64,000 nt of DNA. Source: Azolla caroliniana (taxonomy: Eukaryota; Plantae; Polypodiophyta). The notes under the pieces are model-generated. The model saw only the letters and a list, made by a program, of their open reading frames with translations. It did not search any database and had not been told where the DNA came from. Within the stretch, counting starts at the first letter, position 1. Each line of letters opens with the position of its first letter. Of the stretch, positions 14,101-26,600 are shown piece after piece. The stretch covers positions 22,320,001 to 22,384,000 of the forward strand of contig JBHGNT010000002.1 of the NCBI GenBank assembly GCA_043228905.1. Reading direction: 5' to 3'. A program made the translations under genes and the position numbers.

Positions 14101-15786
14101 CCTAATGTTCCAACCAAGAGGTTCCCTATCGGGAGGAAGATCTACAAAAAATAGGAAAAGTAGAAAGGTACTCTCGTTAAAAGTAGTCAAAGCTATAGTT
14201 ATAGTATTATGCTACTTGAAACGCATGGATTTTCTTGGCTTACCATGCAAGTGGTCTTCCAAAGACCCTAAAGCCATGAATTCATAAACAAGAAGCCTTT
14301 GGTCACCATCAGCACAATATCCTATTAGATTTACTAGATTAGGATGATGGAGCAAACTAAGCATCAAGACCTCAACTAGAAATTCTCGGTTTCCTTGGAG
14401 ACCATTCCGATCAAGCTGCTTCACTGCCACAATCTATGGTTTTTCAAATAAAAATATCATTAAGCTTTACACCAGTATTTTTTTAAAGCAAAATTGTACA
14501 AACATCCACTGCAGACCTAATATATTTTTGTTGAAATATAAAATAATACCTGGTTGGTACTTTCAAGGCGTCCTTTGTAAACCCGACCAAATCCTCCTTC
14601 ACCTATTAGGCATTCTGCTCTAAAGTTCTTCGTGGCAGCTGCAAGCTCTTTAAATGTGAAGGTTTGGGCAGCAATATGCCGTGCACCACCGCCACTTTGA
14701 TCTTTCTCTTTCTTACAATCAAATGAATCTTTTGACTTAAATTTCCCACCTGCATAGTCAATGAATATAAGAAACATATGTGTGTGAATATATCATAGGA
14801 ATGAAAGTTTAATCCGGGCCTTATATCAGGAAATCACAAAAACACTCTTTGCATGTCGAATATGAAAGCACCTTGAAACTAGGAAGAAAAGAGAACACAT
14901 CTTGTTGTATGTGTAACTGGTTGTCGAAATTAAAAATGGTGAACAATTGAGTAATCTCATATGCTACGGAAATTACACTTGAAAGGTACATACCAATGCA
15001 TCCATCCATAGAGAGAAACAATTTCCATGGACTGTGAGGTTGAAAAATAAATTATATATATAAAAATATACAATAGAAGGTTGCATACGTTTCCCACAAG
15101 CACAAAATGGCAATTCAATCATACATTGTGCATCATCATACCATTTACCCTGCATCACGGATAAATCATACATGTCACATGCAGCATGAACACACACACT
15201 CTCTATATAACAAAATATTTCATGCTATTTTTGAGCATCATCTTTTACATTACCCACAAGAGAAAATATGTCTCTTCCACACCATTTTAATCCAATAAGA
15301 CCAATGGTTATAGTTTTGTGAGCTTATCTCATAAAAAATCATTAGAACCTAAATGCAGATATATGAAGGGTGGTGTGATGATGATCAAGGTTGGCCTTTG
15401 CAAGTTGCAATTATTGGGTTGTGGGTTCAAAGTCACAAAGCAAGGGTCCAATGTTGCATCCATTAAAATTATTCCATGTTTTTTGAGTTAAGAGATCATG
15501 CACACTAGCAATTTCCTCCTAAAAATTCTGTCTTTACAATTTCACTTTTACACAAACCAAGGGTTGAATACGATAAATTTTCATTGAAAGGGATCATACA
15601 TACAGCAAATCATTGATATTATCACACTATAATCCAACATCAGGGAACAGGATCTAACAATGAAATGGAGAGCTGTTTTGCTCCACTCTTGGAAAATTTA
15701 TAAACTATAACAAACCATGGGGATAATGACAACAAATTCTTGTTATATAGACACTTAACCTCAAAGACATGGTGTGCATGTATGTA

Positions 15787-15817
<31 letters not shown>

Positions 15818-16078
15818 ATGTATGTATGTATGTATGTATGTATGTATGCATGCATGTGTGTGCATAGCATTTACAGTATGGTTATATATACACGTATGCA
15901 TATATAACATTTGCAACAGGGTCAGTTGCAATAAAAAGGGATCCACGACGATATCATAGATCTAGAACGAAGTCTTACCATTTTGATGTTTGCCTCTACT
16001 ATCTTGACCACTTTCAGCAGTCCCCAACTCTTCATCCTCCTCAATTACTCTGGGTCTTAAGCAAGAAAAGCAACCCAT
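9594..16078 (-). CDS. PBS1: PBS1/PBL-like receptor-like cytoplasmic Ser/Thr kinase (RLCK-VII), 5 coding exons, 467 aa: join(16078-15979, 14749-14550, 14433-14244, 14141-13750, 10115-9594)
   Basis: N-terminal MGCFSC acylation motif, then [81 protein letters not shown] and [11 protein letters not shown]. All four introns are GT-AG. Exon lengths 100+200+190+392+522 = 1404 nt keep frame to the TGA. Orthology to PBS1 versus PBL27-type paralogues is not resolved. Confidence 0.92.
11053..11110. repeat. Compound (GT)n(GA)n microsatellite in intron 4
   Basis: Directly visible. Confidence 0.9.
11600..12480 (-). mobile_element. Possible highly decayed LINE 3' fragment inside kinase intron 4
   Basis: Minus strand is purine-rich with broken coding-like stretches (e.g. 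[25 protein letters not shown]). No unambiguous RT motif was recovered. Confidence 0.3.
13750..14141 (-). CDS. PBS1: PBS1-like kinase coding exon 4
   Basis: Acceptor TTTGTAG|AT, donor TGG|GTATGG, encodes the catalytic loop and activation segment. Confidence 0.93.
14244..14433 (-). CDS. PBS1: PBS1-like kinase coding exon 3
   Basis: Acceptor ATAG|ATT, donor G|GTAAGC, encodes IVAVKQLD...LEDHLH. Confidence 0.93.
14550..14749 (-). CDS. PBS1: PBS1-like kinase coding exon 2
   Basis: Acceptor TGCAG|G, donor CAG|GTATT, encodes the AQTFTF motif and the glycine-rich loop. Confidence 0.92.
15778..15862. repeat. (TG)n/(TATG)n compound microsatellite in intron 1
   Basis: Directly visible. Confidence 0.9.
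15979..16078 (-). CDS. PBS1: PBS1-like kinase coding exon 1 ([33 protein letters not shown])
   Basis: ATG at 16078, donor G|GTAAGA, phase matches exon 2. Confidence 0.85.
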
Positions 16079-16349
16079 ATCTGAGCCGCAATATATATAC
16101 AGATACAAAACTGTATGCGCAAATCTAGGAAAGAATCATGCTTATAGACCCAGATCCGTGAGAGGGAGGGAGATCTGATCTGGATTCAGGTCAGGGTTGA
16201 GGTTAAGTAAATTTGAGTTGCATTAAGCTCGATTAAGTATGTAGTTAGTTAAAAAAAAAAGAGTAAGCGAACAGGGGGAGGTAACTGTGGTTTAGGGTTG
16301 GGATATTTTGGGTCCAGGCACAAATAACACACACACAAGGAAAAAAACA

Positions 16350-16359
16350 GAGAGAGAAT

Positions 16360-16401
<42 letters not shown>

Positions 16402-16539
16402 GGCTCCTCTGAGCTTGGGGGAAAACAAGCCCCTACAACAACAACAAAAAAAAAGTGCGCTACATTCTCTCTCTACGCACACAGTCTCTGTCTCTCTCTC
16501 TCTCTGTCTCTGTCTCTGTCTCTGTTTCTGTTTCTGTTG

Positions 16540-16580
<41 letters not shown>
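16350..16580. promoter_or_regulatory. GA/CT microsatellite-rich 5' UTR / proximal promoter region of the kinase gene
   Basis: (AG)n at 16362-16398 and (CT)n tracts at 16490-16577 upstream of the ATG. Such tracts are typical of plant 5' UTRs and are potential BBR/BPC GAGA-factor sites (inference). Confidence 0.5.
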
Positions 16581-16913
16581 TGCCTTTCCTTTCCTCTGTT
16601 TCTTTCAGTAGCCGCGAGAGAGGCTCTTCATTGCGCTTTCACTTTGGTGCGGTCTTTTGTTTCTCCTTATGTTTTGTTTTGTTTTGTTTTGTTTTGTTTT
16701 GTTTTGGGGGGGGTGCTATTATTATTGTTGTTATTATTTGCCACTAAATTAGCCCCCAACCCAACCCCATTTCATGTTCTTCCTCTCTTCTACTCGTGTA
16801 TGTACATATGTCTGTGTTCGGCTCGAACTCAGCTTGTGCTTGGCTCGCCTCCGGGGCTCTGGCTCCGGCTCTGGCCCAAGCTTGGGACTCTCATCATTCT
16901 CAAACTACTCGAA

Positions 16914-17209
16914 CCGTTTCAAACCTCCCCAACCGTAGAACCTTCGAACCAGACGGAACAGCTCAAACCAAACCATTCGCAGCATTCCCGACCTCAAACC
17001 TTTACTGCTTCGAGAGATCATCCGCCAAGTTGCTACCTACCCTTCGTTATGGGTTTCGGCGCTCCGTTTGAAACCCTCCCCGACCGTGGAACCTTCAGAC
17101 CGGACGGAATAGCTCAAACTAAACCATTCCCAACCTCAAACCTTTACCTCTTCAAGAGATCCGCTAGCTGCTAGCTACCCTTCATTATGGGTTTCGGCTC
17201 TGTTTGAAA
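16914..17209. repeat. Imperfect tandem duplication, about 150-bp unit, upstream of the kinase gene
   Basis: CCGTTT.AAACC..CCC.ACCGT.GAACCTTC...GACGGAA.AGCTCAAAC.AAACCATTC...TTATGGGTTTCGGC occurs from 16914 and from 17064. Confidence 0.8.
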
Positions 17210-20200
17210 TATATTTCTATGTGTAAAGTCAAGAATGGTTCAAAATTTTGAAGAAAGGCTTTTTCTTTTTGTTTTTAACAACAGCAAAAAAAACTTGAAA
17301 ATAATTGTTAGGGTTCAAAGTTAAAACTAACTAATAATATTACATATTTACATCAATATGAAAGTTAACTTTATATATTTAATAGATATTTCAGAAATGA
17401 CCACTCAAACCGTTATCTTGTTCAGCTTGCTTGGAAATAGTAGTTCCGTTGGTAAGTCGATGAAGACCCCAACTAAACCCTTGAACCCCCAAACCAAACT
17501 ATTTGCGAAGCTCTAAAACCCAAATTGAACCAAATAAGTCGTTAAGTTGCAGTTTTGCGATTTGATTCAACTCAAACTGAAATGTTGTTGATTGCTAGTT
17601 CATTCATTGCTTCCTTGTATAGTAGCATGTATTTGTGCATGTGTGTTGAGTGGGCCAATCATTATCAAATATTAGCTACAAAGTGAGTTGCATCTAGGTG
17701 CTCATTGAAGCCACTAATGTATGAGATATTACGCCACTTGTTGTATCGTGTCCATGCACCTTTGTGTCGAATGGTCAATCATCATCGAATATTTATGTTT
17801 ATGGAAACCACATCACATGAGAAATTGCACTCGAAAGCCAACATCATGTTCCTTTCAATTACATGTGACGTTGCCAAGTTCTGGCATGTGTTTATCTTGG
17901 ATGGCCTACGTGCAACACAAAAAACAACTGAAGTGTCTTGTATCCAATGGGATTCTTGTTATATCGTATTTGGTCGGGAATTTGCCATTAGAATCCTTTT
18001 GTTCCATCTTGTATTTCAAATATTGAATGATATTACGGTTTCCAAGTTTAGGGTTTAGGGTCTAGCCATGTTATACATGAATGTGTCCATTATCAAGTGG
18101 CCCATTAATCTTCAAACACTAACCATAAAATAAGAAGTTACCGATGCTCTTGAAAAACACATAAATTAAATATTACAATGTCGTGAATCATGATTTTATA
18201 CATTAATCAATGAGAAAATCACATTAGTGCTTATTTTGACTTTATTATCATTCACATGTACACATGGCGACATGGCCCATTTATAGTTTTGTTTTTATAC
18301 TTCATTCATGAAAGAAGTAAAATGCTTTTATAATCCATTTACAAATGATTTTACATTTTACAATTATGACCCTTCCCATAGATGCCTTTCCATGTCCTCA
18401 CTAATCACTGACATACTCTAAAAAAGAGTGTGTATCCACATCATGTTGCACTCATGCTCTCACGACAAGCATGTGCTCCCACCCAACACCACACATATTC
18501 TAGGAAAGAGCATGTGTTTCCCCCTCACCCCCTTCTCCCATCCAAAAAAAGAAAAATGGCACTTGAGACTCCTTGCAACGAACCTAATTCGTAAAGGTGA
18601 TCTCGATTTCCTTGCTAGTTGCAAGAGGCAGCTCACTAGTTCATATGCCACCACACAACAATGAATGTACATACAACTACCACCAACAATAACCTCAATG
18701 CAAGAAATAGCAATGGCTCTTAACACACTACACTCATCAATGATTGATCAGATGATGACAATAATCACAAGCATCATGACATCGACATCAACCACAATGA
18801 CAACGATGATAACAAGGTAGAAGCTTGGGAATGGGAACAAAACCTTGTCCTAGATGTTGTTAAATAGCTTTGTGAAAAGTTATAGGTTTTTATTTGTTTG
18901 TCAAGTTGACGAGTGAGAGTAGAGGCATTCAAGATTGCAAAATTGTAAATCAAAACCCAATATTAATATGAATTCAAAATTTTGGGTATCTCACAATTCC
19001 CAATTTTTATTATTAAATTGTATACTCTTGGTTCGTTCACATGAAAAACCAAATAATTAGTTATCCTTATATTAGCTTTCAGAACAATCTCACATCCTGC
19101 CCGCCAACATAAAATCCCTTAGCCAAACATCGACCCACCTTACCTTTCCAACCTCCACCTCAAAATCGGCTACTCTAAACCATGGATAAAACTCTCCTAC
19201 CACCAAAGTGGTGCACCCAAGAGCGTGTATTCATTAGGGCATGGTGGATGCTACGCTTCAATGAGGCACACATGCCGAAGAACCTTCCCCACATTACAAC
19301 CCTCTAGAGAAAACATAGAAACCAATGTCTATTTACAAGGAGGCACCAAAAAAGAATGAAGATGTAAATTGCTTACATAAAATGTCGTTGACACACTCTA
19401 GCCCCACATGAACACCCACCATTCTTTAATCATGTTTTCTTGGAGGGGCCAACATGACTAATAGTACATTGGAGTGTTGCACTTCTAAGGGTCATTAGCA
19501 AGTTCTAGGGGGTCTCCTTCCTCTCAATAGGCTAACCAAGGAATTGGGGGACGTCACTAACCAATGACAAAGACCATGTCATACATCAACACATAAAAGA
19601 ATTTATCTTCCCACTCCTTGCAACCCTCGAAGCCTCAAAGGCTTTTTAAGTTAATATAAAAATTAACACACACCTAAACACTACATGAATTGCGAAATAT
19701 GATTGTCTTAAATAAATAGATAATTAATACATAAAAAACATACAAGGTGTCTAAATTAAATAGTTTACTCAATAATAGATACACTTGTATATCTCGATTA
19801 GATGGATTTATGATAAGGTGGAGTGGTTCTACTCCACATCAAAGTATTTATTTAAGCCGGCGATTATTTAGAAAGGGGCTCATTACTGAAAGGTACATCT
19901 TTTAGGTGTAGCTTTACGACGTTTCTTAATACTAATGTAGTAACTTTTTTTGGAATAAATAAATAAAATAAAATAAAATGTGTATCTTGATTAATTATTA
20001 CGGAAAAGCTACATGGAAGGAATTGGCTCTTAGTGGATGCAAAGGGGAGAGAATGAGGACCAAAACGTAGCCACAAAGGTGGGGCATGCAAAGGCCTCTT
20101 TTACATGAGAATTATTGCACTTTTAGACAAGTTAGAAAGCCTAAAGGGTTCCTTTTCACATTACAAACCCGTTGGCCATGAAACATTCTTACGTAATCAA

Positions 20201-22496
20201 GAGGAGTTTCCCATAAATTACTACATGCCATGCTTCTCGCATACATTTATTTGGTCTATTGAGTCAATACTTTGATCGAAATACAAAGCCTTATAGGTTT
20301 GTTAAAACTAAAAAATATGACATTATTTCCCTTAACATGAGCCAAGAACAAAGCAACCATCCAAATAATCATATTACAGTCAATACGAAATTATTGAATG
20401 AGCATGTTGTAATAGATTGAATATAAATGAGAATACAATAATAATACACTAAATCTTATCACATATGGTGTAAGTTTATCCATAACACACTAATTAGAAG
20501 CATATGCATGTTAATTAGATTACTCAATAGAAGTAAAATGTGTGGAATGATGTCAAACATTCAACATGCAACATCCTTAAACCCTAAACAAATTGAGTAA
20601 CAATAGAACCATAATAAATCCTAAAGTGATGATATATGTATTAATAACAAAGTGATCTTACCTTGAATACATAGAGTAAAGGAGCAACAAAGAAATACTT
20701 GTTTGAATACTTACTAAATACATGTATTATGTGCTTTGAAACTCCCACCAAGTAAAGCAAAACAATAGGAGATGACGTCTTCTATAGTAAGTTGAGAAAG
20801 AAATGCATTACTATTGAGAAACCCTTTAGAAAAGGCATGGGCAAAAAAATATTTTAACAAAGAAAGACAATGATAGGACAATTGATTCTCTTTGCCTCGC
20901 ATAGAAAAAGAAACATTGCAGGTTCCACAAAGACACAACGATGTTCTTCTTAAGGAGAGCCTTATCGCACATTCCTATAACGTTAAACAATCTCTTTGAC
21001 TAGCAATTCATTGCTTCTACATGGAAAGAGATTATGTAGATTCCACTAGGACATAAATGTGTTCTTCTTGGAGGGAGCCTACCGAAGCATGTTTCGTGCA
21101 TTGATCCTACGAAATTAACTCAACAATTGATGAGAAATGTCATTCTCCCACTTCTTCTCTAAAACAATGTCATATGAGATAGTATCTAGAAAGATATAAG
21201 TAGATCCAATTATGTAAACAACAACGAATACAAGAGATTAGTAGTTAAATCTCTTGTGGAGTTACAACAAGTTTGCATGTTGGAATTTAGACTGAATTAC
21301 ACGATTAAGAAAACCCCTTTTACATCAAGTGAGCATATTAAGAGAAAAATGAAGTAAAATTAGAAAGTACCAAGGACATATACTTGGGTTTTGACGAAGC
21401 GAGTATATGATCATGTTGCATTGGTCGTCATAGGCCTCCCTCATGCTGTCATGATTCTCTATCTTGTAATTTGATTTATTGTTGATGCTTGGGCATTTGA
21501 ATCCCCAAAGCAAAGAACCCCACAATGACAACTCTTGGTCATTTTATAGCATTTTGGGGATCCTTTGCTGGATGAAAATTGTGGTGCCTGTTTTAGGGTG
21601 CATTTGATATTATCCTTGACATTCATTGATTTTGGCAAAATATGTGTGATCATCCCCAAATTTATTGCATGCTTCTTTGTCCTCATACACTCTATGCTAG
21701 AGTAGTCACATGTAATGTCTTGAGCACACACCCTTTGCTAGAGTCCAAGTCTTGTTTGATTGTGTTGTATTAGTACGTGAATAAAGTACTGGACCCACTT
21801 GGTGAATTGTAGGATCTTGTACATTCAATGACAATGTTGTTAAGTGTAAAAACAAATAGCGTGCGGAAGCAATAGAAAACAGAGAATAGAGAACATAGAA
21901 CAGGTTTAATGGAGAGCTTAACAGCACGCGGGAGAGACAGAGAGAGAACAAGAATCTCTATTAAAAAATTATATCAACGCTTTGTACATCATATGTGTTC
22001 AGTGATCACTTTTATACAGGTCCATACGGACTGACAGAAGTACGGTGTCGTGAAGATCCGTCACTACGCGCGGATCGTGAGGCGAAACCGCTGGGGTTCT
22101 GGACCGGAAGGATTCAAAGTCGATACAAGCTTTGACGAGAAAGTACTTAAGATAGATTGGGAAAGAGAGAAGTTGAGATTAAACGATTGAGAAAGATTGA
22201 TTGAAGTTTTATCTTTGGATTTAAGAAACAAGTTACACCATCAATTTGATAACAAATTTCTTCTTCTTAATTTCATAACAAAAAAAAACCGTGTTTTTTC
22301 TCCTCCCCCTTCCTTCTTTTATAGATGCTCTCATGCATATGATGCATGTGAGGGTACAAGACATACATAAAATGCATGTTTGCCATTTGGCGCTTACGTA
22401 TTACATGTGGTGCATGATAACCATGTCACTCATTTTAGCTCTCATGTATGAGAATTTACATGTAAAAGTACAATGATAGAAATATAATTTCAACTA

Positions 22497-22570
22497 AATA
22501 GCATGGCTTAATGGTAAGCCAATTGATTCCTAACTTGGAGGTGCAAGGTTCGAATCCTTCCTTGCCCTCC
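22497..22570 (+). other. tRNA-like cassette (A box TGGCTTAATGG 22504, B box GGTTCGAATCC 22547) inside the gypsy LTR; further copies near 22715, 22969 and 37731
   Basis: D-arm hairpin GGCTT-AATGGT-AAGCC, T-arm AAGG-TTCGAAT-CCTT, tRNA-like 43-nt A-to-B offset and loop TTCCTAA (CCT, Arg-like). Acceptor and anticodon stems do not pair, so this is not a functional tRNA. Confidence 0.7.
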
Positions 22571-23601
22571 TTGTATATGTTGCCGTTGGATGCCGTCGGA
22601 TCACCGGCTCCATCGTCGGTCCGGTTTTGGTTGGCTAACCATGTCACTCATTTTAGCTCTCATGTATGAGAATTTACATGTAAAAGTACAATGATAGAAA
22701 TATAATTTCAACTAAATAGCATGGCTTAATGGTAAGCCAATTGATTCCTAACTTGGAGGTGCAAGGTTCGAATCCTTCCTTGCCCTCCTTGTATATGTTG
22801 CCGCCGGATGTTGTCGGTTACCGGTGCCTCGCCGGATGCCGGATTGCCGTCGGATCACCGGCTCCATCGTCGGTCCTGTTTTGGTTGGCTAACCATGTCA
22901 CTCATTTTAGCTCTCATGTATGAGAATTTACATGTAAAAGTACAATGATAGAAATATATTTTGAACTAAATAGCATGGCTTAATGGTAAGCCAATTGATT
23001 CCTAACTTGGAGGTGCAAGGTTCGAATCCTTCCTTGCCCTCCTTGTATATGTTGCCGCCGGATGCCGTCGGTTACCGGTGCCTCGCCGGATGCCGGTGCC
23101 GCCGTCGGATCACCGGCTCCATCGTCGGTCCGGTTTTGGTTGGCCAAAACCCTTTACGAGTAGCTAGCCCACCTCCACTCTTAGTTCAAGTTACCTTGAA
23201 CTCTCTATGCTCCACACATAGAGACAAAGATAATATCTTTTGCTCCGAGAGCCGTATTTGTCGTGTCTATGTGGGATATCTCACAATTTTCTCTTTTCCT
23301 TTCACAAACTTTATACCCTCATATCTTGACATTTAGTTGTCCGTTTCTCGTGTAATAAAGTGCATTCGAAATCTCCATCATTTTGTACTTAGATATTAAA
23401 TTTATTTAAAATGTTATCTTCACAATTATTGTACTATGTGATTCATACTCGATTTCGTACGTTTTATGGGATTTTCACACTATTGCCGAAAATCTTCACG
23501 ACATCCACCCCCACCAAACCGCACGTCCTCTGGTACGTGCCAAGAAGAGAGAAAGTGAGATTTCGGCTACGATGATCAATTAGATTCCTCCATGTCTTCA
23601 T

Positions 23602-26600
23602 TTACATCCGCCCCATTATGTTCATCGTCGAGGTAATCGAGGTCAGGATCCTTGTCTTGTCTTTTCTTGAAATCTTTACTCTTTTTCCCGCAATGGGTAC
23701 GGCCAACCTTGATCCGTCTAGTTCCGCAAGGTGGTATGTGGCATTATCGTTGGCACTTGTCACCACATACGACCTGAACCATCTTCTTGCGAACTTTCTT
23801 GTTGTACTGTGTTGATTGTCAAGGGTGCTGTCGTAAACCAAAACCCAATCCCCTTCTTCAATCTTCTTGGGACGAAGTCGATGCGTGTTGTCGAACCGAA
23901 CTTTGTTCTTTACTCGGGCTGCCTTCATCATCTTTCGTGCTTTTTCTAAATCTTCAGGTCTTCTTTCAAGTTGCCTTATCCGCGCCACTAATAACTCTTC
24001 TCGGCTCATCTCGTTCTCCCACGGTATCGCTACCCATGAGGCGATCGTCCTTTCGATGGGCATAATCGGCTTTTGTCCATACATAAGCTCCGTCGGCATA
24101 TACCTTGTCACCGAGCTATGTGTCGTTCTATCGGCCCACAAGGCATAGGGTAATAGTCGTGGCCAATTCCCGACTCGACCGTTGCATGCCCGTACGATGG
24201 CTTTAACGATAGGTCCATGCCCTCGCTCGATCTTCCCATTTGCTTCCGGATTGTAGGCAGTCGTGAGGGAGAGCTTCACGCCTAGTCTTTCGAAGAGCTC
24301 CGTTGCTTCGTGCGCGTCCAACTCCCCTCGGTCGGCCACTATCTTCCCTACACATCCATATCGGCAAACAACATCTTCAAGTAAAAATTTACAAACGGCT
24401 GAAGTCGTCTTATTTGTCAAGGCTCGTCCTTCCACTTGATTTGTCAAGTCTTCCCTTGCCAGCGCTAAGTACTTCATTTGTCCCAGTCCCATTGGCATCG
24501 AGACCAGATCCACCATCCATTTGAAGTGAATGGTGAGTGGGTATGTCGGCTTTAACTCATCACGATGACGTATATTTGAATATATTTGGCAAGTTTCACA
24601 TGTGGACACGAAATGGAGTATATCTTTGTACATGCTTGGCAACCAGTACTTCTCCTTCAACTTTTCGAACGTCGCCCATGTTCCTTTATGACCTGCCCAA
24701 GCACTCTCGTGGAATTCGGTCATCAGCGTCTCTTGCTCTTCTTTCTTTACCACCACTCGACGTGGTATTCCTGTCCTTCTTTTTGGATGTCGCCAAAGGA
24801 ATCCTCCCTTCAAGAAGTATCGGTAAGCTTTCTTTCGGATTCGTAGGGCCTCCTCCTTTGTCAATGAAGCATCTGTCGTCAATGTTCTTAGGAATCTACT
24901 GATGAGTAACCACTCCCCTTCGTACTCGTTCTCGTTGAAGGCGTGGAGGGTTTGCGTGTCCTGGTCTTCCGCCGACAATTGAGCCATCTTGAAGAAGTCG
25001 AGGGTGACATCTTCATCTTCCGAAACCATGTTACTTCCATTTGAAAATCTTGCCCTCGACAGCATGTCAGCCATGGCGTTCTTCTTCCCTGCAATGTGAC
25101 AGATCTCTGGGTTTAAAGACTTGATGTAGGCGATCCACCTTAGCATAGCAAGATCTGGGGTCGCACATCCCGAGACCATTCCGAGAATTGGGAGACAATC
25201 TGTCTCTATTATCACTTCTGACCCAATCAGGTAATCTTTGTCCGTCTTCACTACCGACACAATACCCCAAAGTTCCCGCTTGACTTGGGCATATCTTTGT
25301 TGCCGTTCGCTGAGAACCTTTGCTCCAAACCGGATGACATATCGCGCATTATCTTCACCTTCTTGATTGATGACCCACCCGATTCCGGTTGGGCTCGTAT
25401 CTACGGTCACGTAAATTGGTTTCCCTTCGGCATAGTCAGCCTTCCTTAGTGCCAGAGCTTCAAGAAGCAGTTTCTTTAATCTTCGCATCGCCTTTGTGTG
25501 CTCGTCTCGCCATTTGAACTTTATTCTTTTCTTTAGTAGTCCATATAATGGTTCGGCGACATGAGCATAGTGAGGAATCCATATATGATAAAACGCGCAC
25601 GCTCCAAGGAACCTTCGAACCTCCGTTTGGTTTTCGCATTCTTCTTTCATGTCTTGGATTGCGTTCACTTTGGATGGCAAGGGCTTCCGGCCGTATGCTC
25701 CACACAAGTGACCTACCACCAAGATCTCCGGTTGCCCGAATGCGGATTTTTCTCCCGAAAATGTCAAATTCGCATCTTTGAGCCTTTGAAGCACCTTCTT
25801 GCAATCTTTCATATGATCCGCAACGAACTTTCTACAACCTTCCTTATCTTTCGATTCATCTTTCTCCTCATCCGAACATCCTTTTATCGGAATATCATCC
25901 AAGAATGGCATCGTGATGTCCGGAATGCAATCCTTCAAGACTTTATTCATGGCATTCACCATATGAGCCACCGAGTTCGTTGCGCCTTGGGGTAAGGTAC
26001 ACATCCGCACAAGCCCGATCGGAGTCCTCATGGTTGTAATGTCCCGACTGTCGATCGCCAATTGGAATTGGTCATATCCGGAGTAGAGATCGCCAATGGA
26101 GTAGATGGACCGGCCCGCAAACGCTTCGGCAAATTCGTCCACGCTCGGACCGATTCCGACATTTCGAATTGTCACCTTGTTGACGGGTTGAAGATCTTGG
26201 ATGAATCGCAATGATCCATTCTTCTTTGGCACCGTGAACCACCTATTGGAATAAGGAGCATTCGACGGTTCTAGAATTCCCATACTCACCTTCTCCTTTA
26301 AGAGCTCGATCAACTTCGGAAGGTGTGCTCTCGGAACCGGTATCGGTTTTAAATTCCAAGGCACATGAGGCACCGTGAAGATCACCATCGGCTCTATAAC
26401 CTTTGGGTCGGCGCATCCAATTTCTCGTGGGAAGAATGCGAAAGCCTTCCCATGTCTCTCAAGCATATCGCGAAACATTCGCTCCTCTTCAGGGAGAAGG
26501 AAATCCTCCTTTCCAACTCGTAGCTTCCCCTTCGTCTCTTTGGTGAAGACATGACCTATCTTCTTCGGATCTCTTAAGCTTGGATCGTTAGCGACTTCCT

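Noticed and set aside
16455-17174. 239-aa plus-strand ORF and overlapping ORFs
   Set aside because: Built from CT/GTTTT microsatellites and a tandem repeat; low-complexity translation with no domain.
20700-21844. Possible gag/protease remains of copia relic G to the left of element A
   Set aside because: Too decayed to translate reliably; kept only as an untested extension of G.
22497-22570. Calling the LTR cassette a functional tRNA-Arg(CCT) gene
   Set aside because: Acceptor and anticodon stems do not pair; only the D-arm, T-arm and promoter boxes are intact.
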